From positions 1 through 64,000 of the IMG/VR virus record IMGVR_UViG_3300045988_070924: a stretch of DNA of 64,000 bases; one strand, 5' to 3'. Numbering within the stretch: the stretch's first letter is position 1; each line of letters starts with the position of its first letter. Positions 50,870-62,147 of this stretch are shown piece by piece. This DNA comes from a virus. The position numbers were made by a program, and so were the translations under genes. The notes under the pieces were generated by a model, which saw only the letters and a program-made list of their open reading frames with translations, did no database searches and was not told where the DNA came from.

Positions 50870-52701
50870 TGGCTACAGCATATACAACAATAGGAAGTAA
50901 ATTTCAACCATATACTCTTGCTGAAATGCTTGTACCTTATCAAATGTATAAGCAGGAATTTGATAAGAGAGAAGAACTTTATAATACATATGCAGAGAAT
51001 GCAGGACTAATAGGCTCTCAACTAGATGACACTCTTGATAAAGATTTAATGGACACTGTATATAATCCTTATATGCAGGAATTAAATTCAGCAGCTGCAA
51101 CTCTTTCTTCTAAAGGATTGTCTTCTGAAAATAGGAAGACTCTACAGAATCTTAGAAGAAGGTTCGGTTCTGATATAGCTCCAATTAAAGTAGCTACAGA
51201 AGCTAGAGCTGAAGCTAGGAAAAACTGGGATAAATTATCTAGTCAAGATAGAACTCTCATGACTAATGCTAATCCTTATTATCAGGCAGTTTCAAACTAT
51301 ATGAATGGTAAATCTCCAGAGACTTATTATGTAAGTGGGAATGAGCTTTATGGTAGAGGCAAAGCACTTGCAGAAGCTTTCTCTAGAACACTTAGAGATG
51401 TTCCAGAAGGAGAAGCTTTAGCTAGTACTTTAGGAGGACAGTATTATAGAATTACTAAACAATATGGTCCTGATTCTAAACAAATGCAGGACTTTATGAA
51501 TGATGTGGCAGATAGTATTCCTGAATTAAGAAGTCAAATTGAAGATATTCTTAATAATACAGATATTGGTAAACAGGGATTTACACAAGAAGATAGAAAT
51601 AAAGCAGAACAGTATATTATAGAAGGGATGAAAGCAGGTCTTTCGGGTAAAACTGATGTCCAATACTTAGAGAATAAAAATTTCATTGACCCTTATAAGA
51701 GATGGCAAATGAATAAAGGAAGTGACGATACTACTCCTGAATCTCCTTTATTCTATGATTTTGTAGGGACAGAAATTACTCCAGATGAAGATGTTAATCT
51801 TAAACAGATGAATGCTGTTCTTAACAATCTTAGAGCATATAAAGAAGCAACAGATAAGGGCGAAACAATTTCACCATATACTACTAGAATGGGTTATGCT
51901 AATAAAGTGTTAGATGACCAATCTAAAAAAATCGAAGAGTATATTCAAAATAGACAGAAGGAAAATCCAAATTGGAATCCAGATACTGATTTAGGACTTA
52001 TAAATCTTAATAGGGAACTTACTAGAACTCTGGATGCATATGCTAGAGTGGGAGCATCTGTTCCTCAAAGAAATAAAGAGTATAGAACTGAAAATCCAAT
52101 TTATGCAGATTATTCTAAACTGTCAAAACAATTTGGCACAGATGATATCAATGCTCTTATAAAAAATCAGCAGACGGCAATATTACATGCTACCAATATA
52201 AATAAATATGCTAAATTTAAAAATACCCAATCTAGTCTTGCTATGAGAGATTTAAGAACAAATCTCATGTCAGGAATTACAGATAGGTCTGATAGTAGAC
52301 AGGTTAAAAAGATGATACATAAGTTAGGAAATCCAAAAGATGTTCCTAATGAGGAAACTTTAAAGAAAATTTTTGAAGATTCTTCTGCAACTATACAATT
52401 TAATCCTTATACTGGAAAGGCTATTATAGAAGGTAAAGAAGGTAGCTATGAAATTAATAAAGAGGCAGCTTTCCATAATATATATGTTCCAACTCCTTTT
52501 GGTATAATGAGTGGTGATGAAATACTGGATGAAATTACAACATTTGCACAACAGCAGTATGACAGCAATAATAAAGATGCAAAGGCAGTTATGGATGTAA
52601 TGTTGAACTCATTCTTTGGAGCATTAAATAATTCTTATAATGGTGGAGCACCAGAAGCTTCTAAAACTAATAGTAAAGCTTCAACATTTCCTATAGAATA
52701 A
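50869..52701 (+). CDS. virion/cargo protein
   Basis: 610-aa ORF with a coupled ATGA junction. Confidence 0.45.
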   Translation: MATAYTTIGSKFQPYTLAEMLVPYQMYKQEFDKREELYNTYAENAGLIGSQLDDTLDKDLMDTVYNPYMQELNSAAATLSSKGLSSENRKTLQNLRRRFGSDIAPIKVATEARAEARKNWDKLSSQDRTLMTNANPYYQAVSNYMNGKSPETYYVSGNELYGRGKALAEAFSRTLRDVPEGEALASTLGGQYYRITKQYGPDSKQMQDFMNDVADSIPELRSQIEDILNNTDIGKQGFTQEDRNKAEQYIIEGMKAGLSGKTDVQYLENKNFIDPYKRWQMNKGSDDTTPESPLFYDFVGTEITPDEDVNLKQMNAVLNNLRAYKEATDKGETISPYTTRMGYANKVLDDQSKKIEEYIQNRQKENPNWNPDTDLGLINLNRELTRTLDAYARVGASVPQRNKEYRTENPIYADYSKLSKQFGTDDINALIKNQQTAILHATNINKYAKFKNTQSSLAMRDLRTNLMSGITDRSDSRQVKKMIHKLGNPKDVPNEETLKKIFEDSSATIQFNPYTGKAIIEGKEGSYEINKEAAFHNIYVPTPFGIMSGDEILDEITTFAQQQYDSNNKDAKAVMDVMLNSFFGALNNSYNGGAPEASKTNSKASTFPIE

Positions 52702-52712
52702 ATCAATGAATT

Positions 52713-55700
52713 ATGGGAGAGAATGAAATAAAAGACCCAAGAGAAATAGGAGTATCTGGACTTAGAGGATTAAATGCCAGAACTTCAAATGATAGAGACT
52801 ATATAGCAGCATATAAAAATTTTACCCTACCTAATTGGAAGGATAATTCTACAAGAAGACAGGGCTTAATAGATAGCGGTCCTATAGAAAGTGTTGGAGT
52901 AGAAGGATTTGGAGAAAGTAGGTATGATAAAAAAATGAGTCAGCTAAGTGAGCTCAAAGATTTAAATGAATCAAGAGCTAATATACAACCTTGGTATGAC
53001 CAAATAGGAGCAGGTATACTTAAAGGAGGAGTACTTGCTGCTACTACTTTTGCTGACGGTGTTGCTGGTACTATAATAGGAGCTATGAACGCTTTTTCTA
53101 ATGCTGATAAAATTGCAGAAAGTGACAACCCTTGGAGGGAATTAGGCAACCAATTTATTAATAATCCTTTCAGTACATATATGCAGGATATTAATGAAAA
53201 AGTAGAGTCAGTGCTCCCTAATTATTATACCAGGGCAGAACAAGAAGACCCTTGGTGGGAACATATATTTTCTGCAAATTTCATTGGAGATAAGTTTTTA
53301 AAGAACCTTGGATTTACTGTGGGTGCTGCACTTTCTGGTAAAGTAAGTGCTGGTGCTATATCTAAAACTATGGGACTTAAAGGTGTAAGAGATGCCTTCA
53401 AAGGAGCTGTTACTACAGCTTCTGGAAGGACTCTTAATACAGCTTCTGAAATAGCAAAAGCCTATAAGACGGGAGATGCCTTTATGGATGGAGTAAAACT
53501 AACAGAAGATTTAGGCAAAGCAGCCAAACAACTAAAGAATGCAGAATGGACTCTTAAAACTATTGGTGCAGTAAGTGCTGCAATGGGAGAGGGCAGAATA
53601 GAAGCTATAACTAATAGTAAAGAGTGGTCATCATATCATGAGCAGTTATTAAAGGATAAACATCAACAAGATGTAGATAGTATTGAAGGACAGTTATTTG
53701 AAGAGCATCCTGAATGGTTTACAAATGGGCAAATTACAAATCTTGATGGTATAAAAGAATGGAATAAAAGGAAGGAAGGGATTGATGATAAATATAATGA
53801 ATCTCTTGCAAAACTTGCTGAGTATAGAGCAGATATGGCTAATGCCGACTTTGGGCTTAATGTAATCATGCTTTCTGCATCTAATCTGTGGCAATATGGA
53901 AGGTTCTTATCTGGAGGATATAATACAGGAAGGCTTGCTAATGGATTAATTAAAGGAAGTCTTAAAGAAGGATTTAAGAAATCTAAGGGAGCAGTTGTAA
54001 AACAATATGCTAGAGCATTATCAAATCCACTTGCAGAGGCAAATGAAGAAATGATGCAATCTTGGTTTTCTGAAGGTACTGGATTACAGCAGGCTTCTAA
54101 ACTTAATAGTTTTTATGGAGCTAAAGTAGACCCAGAGGCTGAGGAAGAGACTGCTGGATTTCTTAATTCTATGCTTACTGGATTTTCTAATATTTATGGC
54201 AATGCAAAAAGTTGGGAAGAAGGTTTTATAGGAGGACTTACAGGACTTTTAGGAATTCCATCTATATCTAGAACAACTACAGAAGGAGGTAAAAAGAAGC
54301 TCAAATTATCCCTTAAAGGAGAGCTTTGGGAAGGATTGGCAGATGCTAATAAAGATAAAAAAGAAGCATATTCTCTTGTAGATGCTCTTAATACCAGAGT
54401 AAAAGACCCAGAATTTATCAATTATTATCAAGGATTTATAAGGCATCAGAAGTATCAAAATGATATGGAAGCTGCTTTAAAAGAAGGTAAACCTTTTGAC
54501 TATAAGAATGCAGAACATTCTCAATTTATCTCTGATGCTATAATGTTTGAAAAGGCTGGAAGATTGCAGGACTTATATGACATTATAGAGGAGGCAGGAA
54601 ATGTAACTCAGGATGATATAAATGATATAAGAAACCTTACAGTTGATAAGAATACAGGGAAGTCAATCTTTGAAGGTAAATCAGACCAGGAAGTAATTAA
54701 CCATGTTAATAAGCAGGTCAGGGATATAAAGACCAAACTTCAGAAGTATTCTGAAATCTCTGCTAATCTTAAGACACTCTATGGAGAAGATATGGCTGAT
54801 GACTATCTTGAGGAGATGACTTGGATGATGACTCAAATTGATGATTGGGAATCAAGATTCAAGTCTCTTTTTGAAGAAGTAAAGAAGGGGGCTTCTCAGG
54901 TTATCGGGGATAGAGATAAAAGGTTCTTTGGAAGAAATGCAAACAGGAAGATAGGAGAATTGACTGATATTACAGCTGAATCTTTGCTGAATACTCTTAA
55001 TAGAAAGGAAGTCAGGGATATTCTATCTGATGAGAAAATTCTTGCTGATAAAGATAAGGACAAATCACTAAGGAACATGAAACTTTTCAAGGACTTATCT
55101 GATATGCTTAAAATATATGAAGCAAGAAATAAGTTCATTGATAAGTATACTGCACTTTCAAAGAATCCGGAGCTCTTCTCACAGCAGGTACAGGATTCTA
55201 TAAAGGCTGTTAAGGAGGATAACGTAAAGAGGGTTCTTGATGAAGCCAAACTTAAAGCAGACTCAGCAACTTCAGTTAATGACCTTAGGGAAATATTCTC
55301 TAATTATCCTGAGCAAAAGAAGGATATAATAGAGTCATTGAAGAATAGTGATAATGATACTCTCAAGAAGCTGGCAGAGGCTTATGAAGACCTTGATGAG
55401 TCTTCTGCTATATTCACAGATATTCTGTCTGCTACAGAGCCTTCTCCTGAAGTAATATCAGCTAAGAACATCATACAGGATGCTCTTAAAAATGCTGAAT
55501 CACTTGATGATATACTTACTACTCTTGACCAAGCACAGGACTCTTCTATACCAGAAGAAGTAAAGACTACTCTTCAGGAGATAGTTGATAAGTTCATAGA
55601 GCAGAAGAAGTCAGGGAAAACTTCAAGAAAGGACACAAAGAAATCAAAGAATAAGCCTAAGAAAGCTGGAAAGAAAGGGTTCTTTGATATGTTGTCTGAT

Positions 55701-58013
55701 TCTCCAGATGTTAAGGATGCTCTATCTGAGGAAGAAGCTGAAGGTGAGGAGGAAGATAAAGAAAAACCTTCTAAGGAAGAACCTCCTCATGTTCCTTCTG
55801 AACCTGTTGAGGGTAGGGTAGAACCAGAAAGCCTTGAAGAAAAGAGTCAGGATGAACTTGTAGATATAGCCAAGAAGGGTGATAATTCTCTTTCAAAGGA
55901 AGATGATACTGCTCTAAGAAGACTTGCTGCAAAGATACATAACAACAGACTTCTTCCTGCTGCTGGTGAGGAGAGTAATGTGGAAGTTGAAGATAATGCA
56001 TCTCCTGAAGATAATGGTATTACACAGGGACTTAGAAGCTGGGTTGAGACTGAGTATGAATTTAATCCTCTTAAGAACAGAAAAGAGAGAAAGGCTGTAT
56101 TAAGGAATAATCCAATAGTAAATGCCTTACAGGAATTAGGAGCTTTTCAGTATGTGGATGAAGGCTATCTTGCAGATAGAGTTGATGCAAATGAAGATTT
56201 GCCAATACATCTTATCATATCTTCAGATAGCAGACTTAACAGTCATATACTGCTTGCTGTAGAAATAGGAGAAAAAGACAAATCTCTGAATCCAGTAGAA
56301 GGAAATGATGGAAAGAGGTATCAAGTAGTAGGAGTCCTTGGTTTCAATAAGAATAATAAGGAGTCCATAAAGAACTACAATGATATAGTGGATGCAGTAA
56401 ATGATGAGTATTCTGATTCTGAAAGTAATAAAGGAAGTGTATTTGTTTCATCCTATTATACTAAGGTAACCCACATATATAGTGGAAGAATGGTCAAGTC
56501 TACAGAAGACTCACCAGTTGAGAGTAAAGACCTCACAAAGGAATTTCTTAGGGGAAGACCTCTTAGGATTGGTATCTATTACAACAGTACAAGATTTGAA
56601 ACTCCAGGTCTTGATAATGTTGAAATAGTCCCACTCAATACTAATAATCAGAATCCAAGGGCTGGTTCTATATGGCTCATGACCAAGGAAGCTGATGGAA
56701 GATGGTATCCTAAACATCTAAGGGCAAAGAGGTTCACAGAAACTGAATATCCACTTGATACATGGGGGGACTCTCCAATAGTTGAAAGGATAGGAAGGGA
56801 TGCCGCAGTCCTTGTAAGTCCAGAAAGCACTCAATATCAGAAGTCTCTTGCCAAGTATGACCTTAAGGAAGTTCTACATTTCCCAGAAGGGATTGATATA
56901 GCCTTCTCAAAGAAGGGAAATATTATATCTATACCAGGAATTATAGAGAATATAACTGGGGGAGCAACCTCTTTGGATGAAGCAGTAGTACTTCTGGCTC
57001 AGGCACTCCAAAGTGATGAACTTGGATTAAGGTTCAATGTAGTTACTTCAGAACTTACTGACCCTCAGTATCAGGAGGATATACTCAAGTCTGGCATACT
57101 TACCACTGATTTATATCAGCCTGGTAATGTTAATGCAAGTTTTGATATTGCACCAGTTAATTCAGAAGGTAAGCCATCTGTTGAAGGAGGTGAGATTGCT
57201 CTTAAAGGTCATACTGGAAAGAGGGGAATACAGAATGTTCTTAATAGAACCACATTGACTCTTAACAGCAAGAGTTATAGCATAGATTCAGAAGGTAATA
57301 TCTATGATGATAAGGGGGAGGCAGTTTCAAATCAGAATAGTATAGATGAACTCACCTTACTTTCCAAGATAAACCAAGGCTTGATAAATCCAGTTTCAGG
57401 TAGTAAGAGACTTTACTTAGGAGTTTATACCAATGATGGTACAGAGTTTGGTATAGTCAATGGAGTTGTCAAGACAGGAAACTCTCTGAAGGAACTTAAG
57501 AGTAAAGCAGAAAAGCTTCATAAGAAAGAACTTCAGAACAGGAAAGTAGGGGAAACTGCACTTGGAATGGAAGCTGCTGAAGGTGCTAATCTTTCATATC
57601 TTGAATCTCAGTATGGAGTTTCTGACAAAGTTCCAAAGCAGGAAACAGCAAAGGAAGAACCAGCAGATTCTGAAGATGGAATCTCAATGGAGACTATATC
57701 TGATGAACTTGCTATGGCTATCCTTGGAGGAGAAGAAGCTTCAAAGCCAGTAAAGAAAGCACCAGAAACCAAAGTATCAAAACCTACATTTACTCTTACT
57801 GAATCCTTCACTCCAATATCTGATGAAACCAAATTACAGATTTCATCTTATATAAGAGGAAATAGGGGAGTTCTCAGAGAGCTTGGATTTAAGAATGTTG
57901 AAGAGTTTATGGACTTCATAAGAAATCCAGAGAATAATCTTCCAAGTCCTGAGACTATAACCTCAGTAGAAGCATTCAACAGTCTTATTGACACTATAAA
58001 GAATTGTAGATAG
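52713..58013 (+). CDS. giant virion/cargo protein
   Basis: 1766-aa ORF with a long Lys/Glu-rich central region. Confidence 0.5.
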   Translation: MGENEIKDPREIGVSGLRGLNARTSNDRDYIAAYKNFTLPNWKDNSTRRQGLIDSGPIESVGVEGFGESRYDKKMSQLSELKDLNESRANIQPWYDQIGAGILKGGVLAATTFADGVAGTIIGAMNAFSNADKIAESDNPWRELGNQFINNPFSTYMQDINEKVESVLPNYYTRAEQEDPWWEHIFSANFIGDKFLKNLGFTVGAALSGKVSAGAISKTMGLKGVRDAFKGAVTTASGRTLNTASEIAKAYKTGDAFMDGVKLTEDLGKAAKQLKNAEWTLKTIGAVSAAMGEGRIEAITNSKEWSSYHEQLLKDKHQQDVDSIEGQLFEEHPEWFTNGQITNLDGIKEWNKRKEGIDDKYNESLAKLAEYRADMANADFGLNVIMLSASNLWQYGRFLSGGYNTGRLANGLIKGSLKEGFKKSKGAVVKQYARALSNPLAEANEEMMQSWFSEGTGLQQASKLNSFYGAKVDPEAEEETAGFLNSMLTGFSNIYGNAKSWEEGFIGGLTGLLGIPSISRTTTEGGKKKLKLSLKGELWEGLADANKDKKEAYSLVDALNTRVKDPEFINYYQGFIRHQKYQNDMEAALKEGKPFDYKNAEHSQFISDAIMFEKAGRLQDLYDIIEEAGNVTQDDINDIRNLTVDKNTGKSIFEGKSDQEVINHVNKQVRDIKTKLQKYSEISANLKTLYGEDMADDYLEEMTWMMTQIDDWESRFKSLFEEVKKGASQVIGDRDKRFFGRNANRKIGELTDITAESLLNTLNRKEVRDILSDEKILADKDKDKSLRNMKLFKDLSDMLKIYEARNKFIDKYTALSKNPELFSQQVQDSIKAVKEDNVKRVLDEAKLKADSATSVNDLREIFSNYPEQKKDIIESLKNSDNDTLKKLAEAYEDLDESSAIFTDILSATEPSPEVISAKNIIQDALKNAESLDDILTTLDQAQDSSIPEEVKTTLQEIVDKFIEQKKSGKTSRKDTKKSKNKPKKAGKKGFFDMLSDSPDVKDALSEEEAEGEEEDKEKPSKEEPPHVPSEPVEGRVEPESLEEKSQDELVDIAKKGDNSLSKEDDTALRRLAAKIHNNRLLPAAGEESNVEVEDNASPEDNGITQGLRSWVETEYEFNPLKNRKERKAVLRNNPIVNALQELGAFQYVDEGYLADRVDANEDLPIHLIISSDSRLNSHILLAVEIGEKDKSLNPVEGNDGKRYQVVGVLGFNKNNKESIKNYNDIVDAVNDEYSDSESNKGSVFVSSYYTKVTHIYSGRMVKSTEDSPVESKDLTKEFLRGRPLRIGIYYNSTRFETPGLDNVEIVPLNTNNQNPRAGSIWLMTKEADGRWYPKHLRAKRFTETEYPLDTWGDSPIVERIGRDAAVLVSPESTQYQKSLAKYDLKEVLHFPEGIDIAFSKKGNIISIPGIIENITGGATSLDEAVVLLAQALQSDELGLRFNVVTSELTDPQYQEDILKSGILTTDLYQPGNVNASFDIAPVNSEGKPSVEGGEIALKGHTGKRGIQNVLNRTTLTLNSKSYSIDSEGNIYDDKGEAVSNQNSIDELTLLSKINQGLINPVSGSKRLYLGVYTNDGTEFGIVNGVVKTGNSLKELKSKAEKLHKKELQNRKVGETALGMEAAEGANLSYLESQYGVSDKVPKQETAKEEPADSEDGISMETISDELAMAILGGEEASKPVKKAPETKVSKPTFTLTESFTPISDETKLQISSYIRGNRGVLRELGFKNVEEFMDFIRNPENNLPSPETITSVEAFNSLIDTIKNCR

Positions 58014-58023
58014 AGATACTACA

Positions 58024-58071
58024 AAAGAAAAAAAAAGAGGAAGTAGAATAACTACTCCCTCTTTTTTTTTT
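58024..58071. terminator. bidirectional intrinsic terminator between convergent blocks
   Basis: An A-run, then AGAGGAAGTAG-AATAA-CTACTCCCTCT (one A-C mismatch), then a T-run. Confidence 0.7.
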
Positions 58072-61000
58072 ATCTATCAGCAAATATAGTGTACATATAA
58101 TCTTCCTCAGAGAGGTCTGCTACCTTCCTGAGCTGACCAAAAATAGGAATTGTCTGTGAAGCATCCCTCTCCCACTCACTCCATCCCTTGTATCTTCCAG
58201 ATTCAAGTTCATTAAACATATTCCAGAACTTAACCAAATCAAGCAGTCCATTGAAACTGTTTATGGCTGCTGCTGGACTTTGTAGTATAGTCCATGCATT
58301 CTCAATGGCTGAGAACCAAGGTATAGCAGCACCAGTCTCCAGTTGCATTCTTTTAAGCTGATATACAATCATTCTCTCGCCCCATCTGCCTTTTTTATCC
58401 TTCTCAGGTCCTATCATGGCAATAAGTGCTGCAAGTGTAGCAAAGGTTCCAAGCTCTGTTAAAGCCCTTCTTATGTTAGCCTTCTCATGAGTGCTAAGAC
58501 TATTCCAGTTGGTTGCAAGGTCAAACTTTGCTCTTCCTATATCCTTCATAAGGTTTAAAGCAAATCTTCCTATAGTTCTATAATAACCTTCTCTCCAATG
58601 GTCAAGTTTAGCATCATAACTGGCACTTGAGAACCTTCTTGAGTAATGGGCAGGCATCCACTGTCTAAACTGCATAGCAAGTCTTCCAAGAGAATATCTT
58701 TGGATAGCTCCTCTGTCAGTCTCATTGAATGCACCATTAAGAGATTGATTGACTTTTCCAATCCTTAGTTTCTGGTTTGTAATAAAGTTTTCATATCTCT
58801 TCTCCACCTCTTCATACAATTCAGAGCTCCTGTCAAGCCCTTCTGTAGAAAGAAGATTACCATCAAGGTCTTTTATTCCCTCCTTAAGGACTATCTTTGA
58901 TGCTCCTTCATGGTCAGTCTTTACTTCAAAAGCATCAAACAGGCTCATCTCTTTTCCACTTCTGTCCTTTACTTTGACATTATTGAGCATAGCCAACATA
59001 TTCCTACTGTGAAGATAGTGCTCTCCCATGTTGTTAAGGAGGAATATATTTGTTGAACCTATGATTCTTGACAAAGGTCCTTTGTAATACCCTTGTGATT
59101 TAAGGTTTCCATAGAACTCCTCAAGAGCATCAAACTTGTCTATAAGGAGACCAAGCTTACTTGTTTTCTTTGTAGAGTTGAGTTCTGCCATATATTGTGG
59201 AAGAAGTGCATAGTAGTTCTTCTTACCTATGGCTGAGTCTTTCATATTAAAGTATTCTCCAGACATAGCCTCTATGAACAACTGCATTTTACCCATAGTG
59301 ACATTGCTTATAGCAGAAAACACGTTAAGACCAAGTCCAAGTGCTCCTGTATAACTCTTCAAAGTATCCATAGTCTTGGCTTTATCTATCTCCTCACCAA
59401 AAACATTCCAGGTTCCTTCATCTTTCTTATGCTGACCATACAGAACAGAAGCATAATAATTATCTATTCTCTCTCCAATGTTGGTTCTTTCTCCAGGTTT
59501 GGTATAGGTCTTACTGAACTTCTTATGGACAACCTTGAAAACATCTATCAGTTTTGAGTCTCCAGACATCTGCTTGACTTGCCTCTCTTTGATAAGGTCT
59601 CTTGTAAGCTCAAGTGCATCAATCACTTTACTCATCTCATTATAGTTTACAGCCATAGATGCATATGCCATAATAGATGAAGTGAAATCTGTACTCAGCC
59701 TCTCCATATCTTCAAGAGGAGTTGTATAGTACACTGGTAGTTTCTGTATAGGATTTCCTGAGAAATCCAGACTTATCTTCTTTGACTTAGTAAAAGAGGA
59801 TTCTCCATCACCAAGAACTGTTGTATCTCCCCAGTCAGTATCATCACTTCTTCTGAGGAAACTGTCCTTGAGGTTCTCTATAACCATTTTCCCAGCCTTC
59901 TTAGGATTAGTCACATTATCCATAATAGCTTCAGTAACATCATTCCTTATCTGGACTGCATTGAAAGTATTTGCAAACCTTGCTGGTATCAGTGAGTCAA
60001 GAGTAGCCTTAAGGTTAATCATAGTATTGTAATACTCTCTCTGTGCAGGTGCAAGTTTACTTATTCTATCAACACCATAAAGACTCTTCTTAGGAAGTTC
60101 TTCCTTTCTACCTGAGTCTGCATCTATAAGAACAGTTTCAGTATGTCTTCTTTCCCATGCATCAAGTTTTGACTTGACTATGTAGTAAGGAAGTTTTTCA
60201 TCCATAAGTCTCTTCTTTTCAGCATCATACTCCTCCTTAAACTTAACAAAGTCAATATCACTTATTATTCTTCCAGTAAGCTTTCCATCCTTGTCTCTCT
60301 CATACATAAAGTCTGTAGTATACCCAGCCTGTGAAAGTTTAGTATGAGCACTTCTCACTCCTGCAAGAACCTCTTCAAGCACTGAATCCCTCTTAAACTG
60401 TGTAGATTTGACTACTTTATCTACAAGAGACAGCATTGGGTCTGATGCATCACTCATTGAACTGATATAGCTGTCAAGGAAGTTAATATCCTTATCAGCC
60501 ATCTTCATTATCATTTCAAGAGTAATTCTCTTGCCCTTATCTTTTCCAGAATCAATAATCTTATCCTCCCCCCAGTACATTTTAAGGAAGCTGTAAAGAG
60601 TATTGAACCTCATGCTTTTATACCCAGAGTTAATCTTGTTAATTATCCTGAATACAGAAGAAGCTTTGTCTGCAATAGTAGCAGCATCTTCAGTAGACAG
60701 TTCAACTTCTCCTCTCTCCTTCATAGCATCTATACTCATCATTTGTTTGATGATAGGCTCATATGCATCTGAGAACTCTTTAATCTTCCTTAGAGTAGAA
60801 CTAATCTTTCTGATTCTGTTTAAGTCTGATTCTTCATTGAGATTATTAGCATCAAGTTTGCTTAAGTTGGTATTCAGTTGTTCTAGCTGTTGAAGGCTAT
60901 CTGAAAGAAAAGCAAGACAGCTCTTGGAGTATTTCTTCTTTTCAATCAGGTCCTGAAGGTTCTTTATTGACTCAAGGTCATCTTCACTATATCTACCACT

Positions 61001-62146
61001 TTTACTTCTTAACCTTAAAATCTCAAGTCTCTTACTTGCAATCTCAAGAGCTTTCTCAGCCAGTTCCTCCATTCCAGATACAGACTTCTCTGCATTGTAC
61101 AAGGTCTTTGCATTAACTATAAGGTCTTTATCTACTAATGGAAGTATAGACTCATCAAGGATAGAACTTGCTACCTGAGAAGCATCTCTATTGGCCTGTA
61201 GTATGATATTATCAACATCATCTTCAGACATACTGCCAAACTTGGATTTAACCCAATTCCAAAGTCTCTCAAGCAAAGAAGGTCTACTTACAGGAAGAGT
61301 TTCACCAGTGATATACTTCTGAAGCAATTGTCCAGCAGCTTCCTTCTGGAGAGATTCCATATCTCCTTTATAAAGCCTTACATAGGTATCAAAGTTTTCA
61401 CCAAGAATTTCCTTTATGACTTCATAAGAACCTACAGAATTTACAAGCCTCTGAACCAAAGGCTGGTTCATAAGTCCTTCTATCATAAGATGGCTGAACT
61501 CTTCAGGAAAGGCATCTTCCCCTCTCTGACCTTTGGCTATTTGTATAACTGTCTTCAGTCCTTCTGCATTTGTCCTTGCATTCTCAGGACTGAACATAGC
61601 ATTGAATCTTGGGGTATTAAGTACTTCAACATCAAATCCAAGCCTTCTAAGGATACCCCTCAACTGATTGTTAAGAGAACTGTTAAATACAAGCTTCTCA
61701 GGAGAGGTTGCATTCTGAGGAGTCTTAGGCTCAACATTTATTACATACCCTCCATCTTTACTTCCAATATCAGCAACCATCCTTGGATGGTTCTTATTAA
61801 ATTCAACTACTGAATTGATAATCTCATCAGCAGAAGAATGTATAACAGGTTCCCCTTTACTATTTATAGCACCAAGTTCTCTCTTAGCACCTTCTATTGA
61901 TATACCTTCATCTAATAGACTATCTATATCAACAGCCTTAATGAGAGAGGAAAGAGTAGGTTCTCCATTCTTATCCTTCTCAATACCCTTAAGAGAACTC
62001 ATGAACTCTGGAACCTGAGTAAGTCCCCAAATGTACTTTGCTGATTCTCTATTACCAGTGTAGGTAACCAGCTCCTTAAAGAGCTGGCTATCCACTTCCT
62101 GGTTTCCTACTTTTACTGTAGGAACATAAACACAAGATTTAGCCAT
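58070..62146 (-). CDS. giant protein of unknown function (possibly an ejected/virion-associated enzyme module)
   Basis: Uninterrupted 1358-aa ORF. I recognised no catalytic motif. Confidence 0.5.
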   Translation of the reverse strand: MAKSCVYVPTVKVGNQEVDSQLFKELVTYTGNRESAKYIWGLTQVPEFMSSLKGIEKDKNGEPTLSSLIKAVDIDSLLDEGISIEGAKRELGAINSKGEPVIHSSADEIINSVVEFNKNHPRMVADIGSKDGGYVINVEPKTPQNATSPEKLVFNSSLNNQLRGILRRLGFDVEVLNTPRFNAMFSPENARTNAEGLKTVIQIAKGQRGEDAFPEEFSHLMIEGLMNQPLVQRLVNSVGSYEVIKEILGENFDTYVRLYKGDMESLQKEAAGQLLQKYITGETLPVSRPSLLERLWNWVKSKFGSMSEDDVDNIILQANRDASQVASSILDESILPLVDKDLIVNAKTLYNAEKSVSGMEELAEKALEIASKRLEILRLRSKSGRYSEDDLESIKNLQDLIEKKKYSKSCLAFLSDSLQQLEQLNTNLSKLDANNLNEESDLNRIRKISSTLRKIKEFSDAYEPIIKQMMSIDAMKERGEVELSTEDAATIADKASSVFRIINKINSGYKSMRFNTLYSFLKMYWGEDKIIDSGKDKGKRITLEMIMKMADKDINFLDSYISSMSDASDPMLSLVDKVVKSTQFKRDSVLEEVLAGVRSAHTKLSQAGYTTDFMYERDKDGKLTGRIISDIDFVKFKEEYDAEKKRLMDEKLPYYIVKSKLDAWERRHTETVLIDADSGRKEELPKKSLYGVDRISKLAPAQREYYNTMINLKATLDSLIPARFANTFNAVQIRNDVTEAIMDNVTNPKKAGKMVIENLKDSFLRRSDDTDWGDTTVLGDGESSFTKSKKISLDFSGNPIQKLPVYYTTPLEDMERLSTDFTSSIMAYASMAVNYNEMSKVIDALELTRDLIKERQVKQMSGDSKLIDVFKVVHKKFSKTYTKPGERTNIGERIDNYYASVLYGQHKKDEGTWNVFGEEIDKAKTMDTLKSYTGALGLGLNVFSAISNVTMGKMQLFIEAMSGEYFNMKDSAIGKKNYYALLPQYMAELNSTKKTSKLGLLIDKFDALEEFYGNLKSQGYYKGPLSRIIGSTNIFLLNNMGEHYLHSRNMLAMLNNVKVKDRSGKEMSLFDAFEVKTDHEGASKIVLKEGIKDLDGNLLSTEGLDRSSELYEEVEKRYENFITNQKLRIGKVNQSLNGAFNETDRGAIQRYSLGRLAMQFRQWMPAHYSRRFSSASYDAKLDHWREGYYRTIGRFALNLMKDIGRAKFDLATNWNSLSTHEKANIRRALTELGTFATLAALIAMIGPEKDKKGRWGERMIVYQLKRMQLETGAAIPWFSAIENAWTILQSPAAAINSFNGLLDLVKFWNMFNELESGRYKGWSEWERDASQTIPIFGQLRKVADLSEEDYMYTIFADR

Positions 62147-62147
62147 A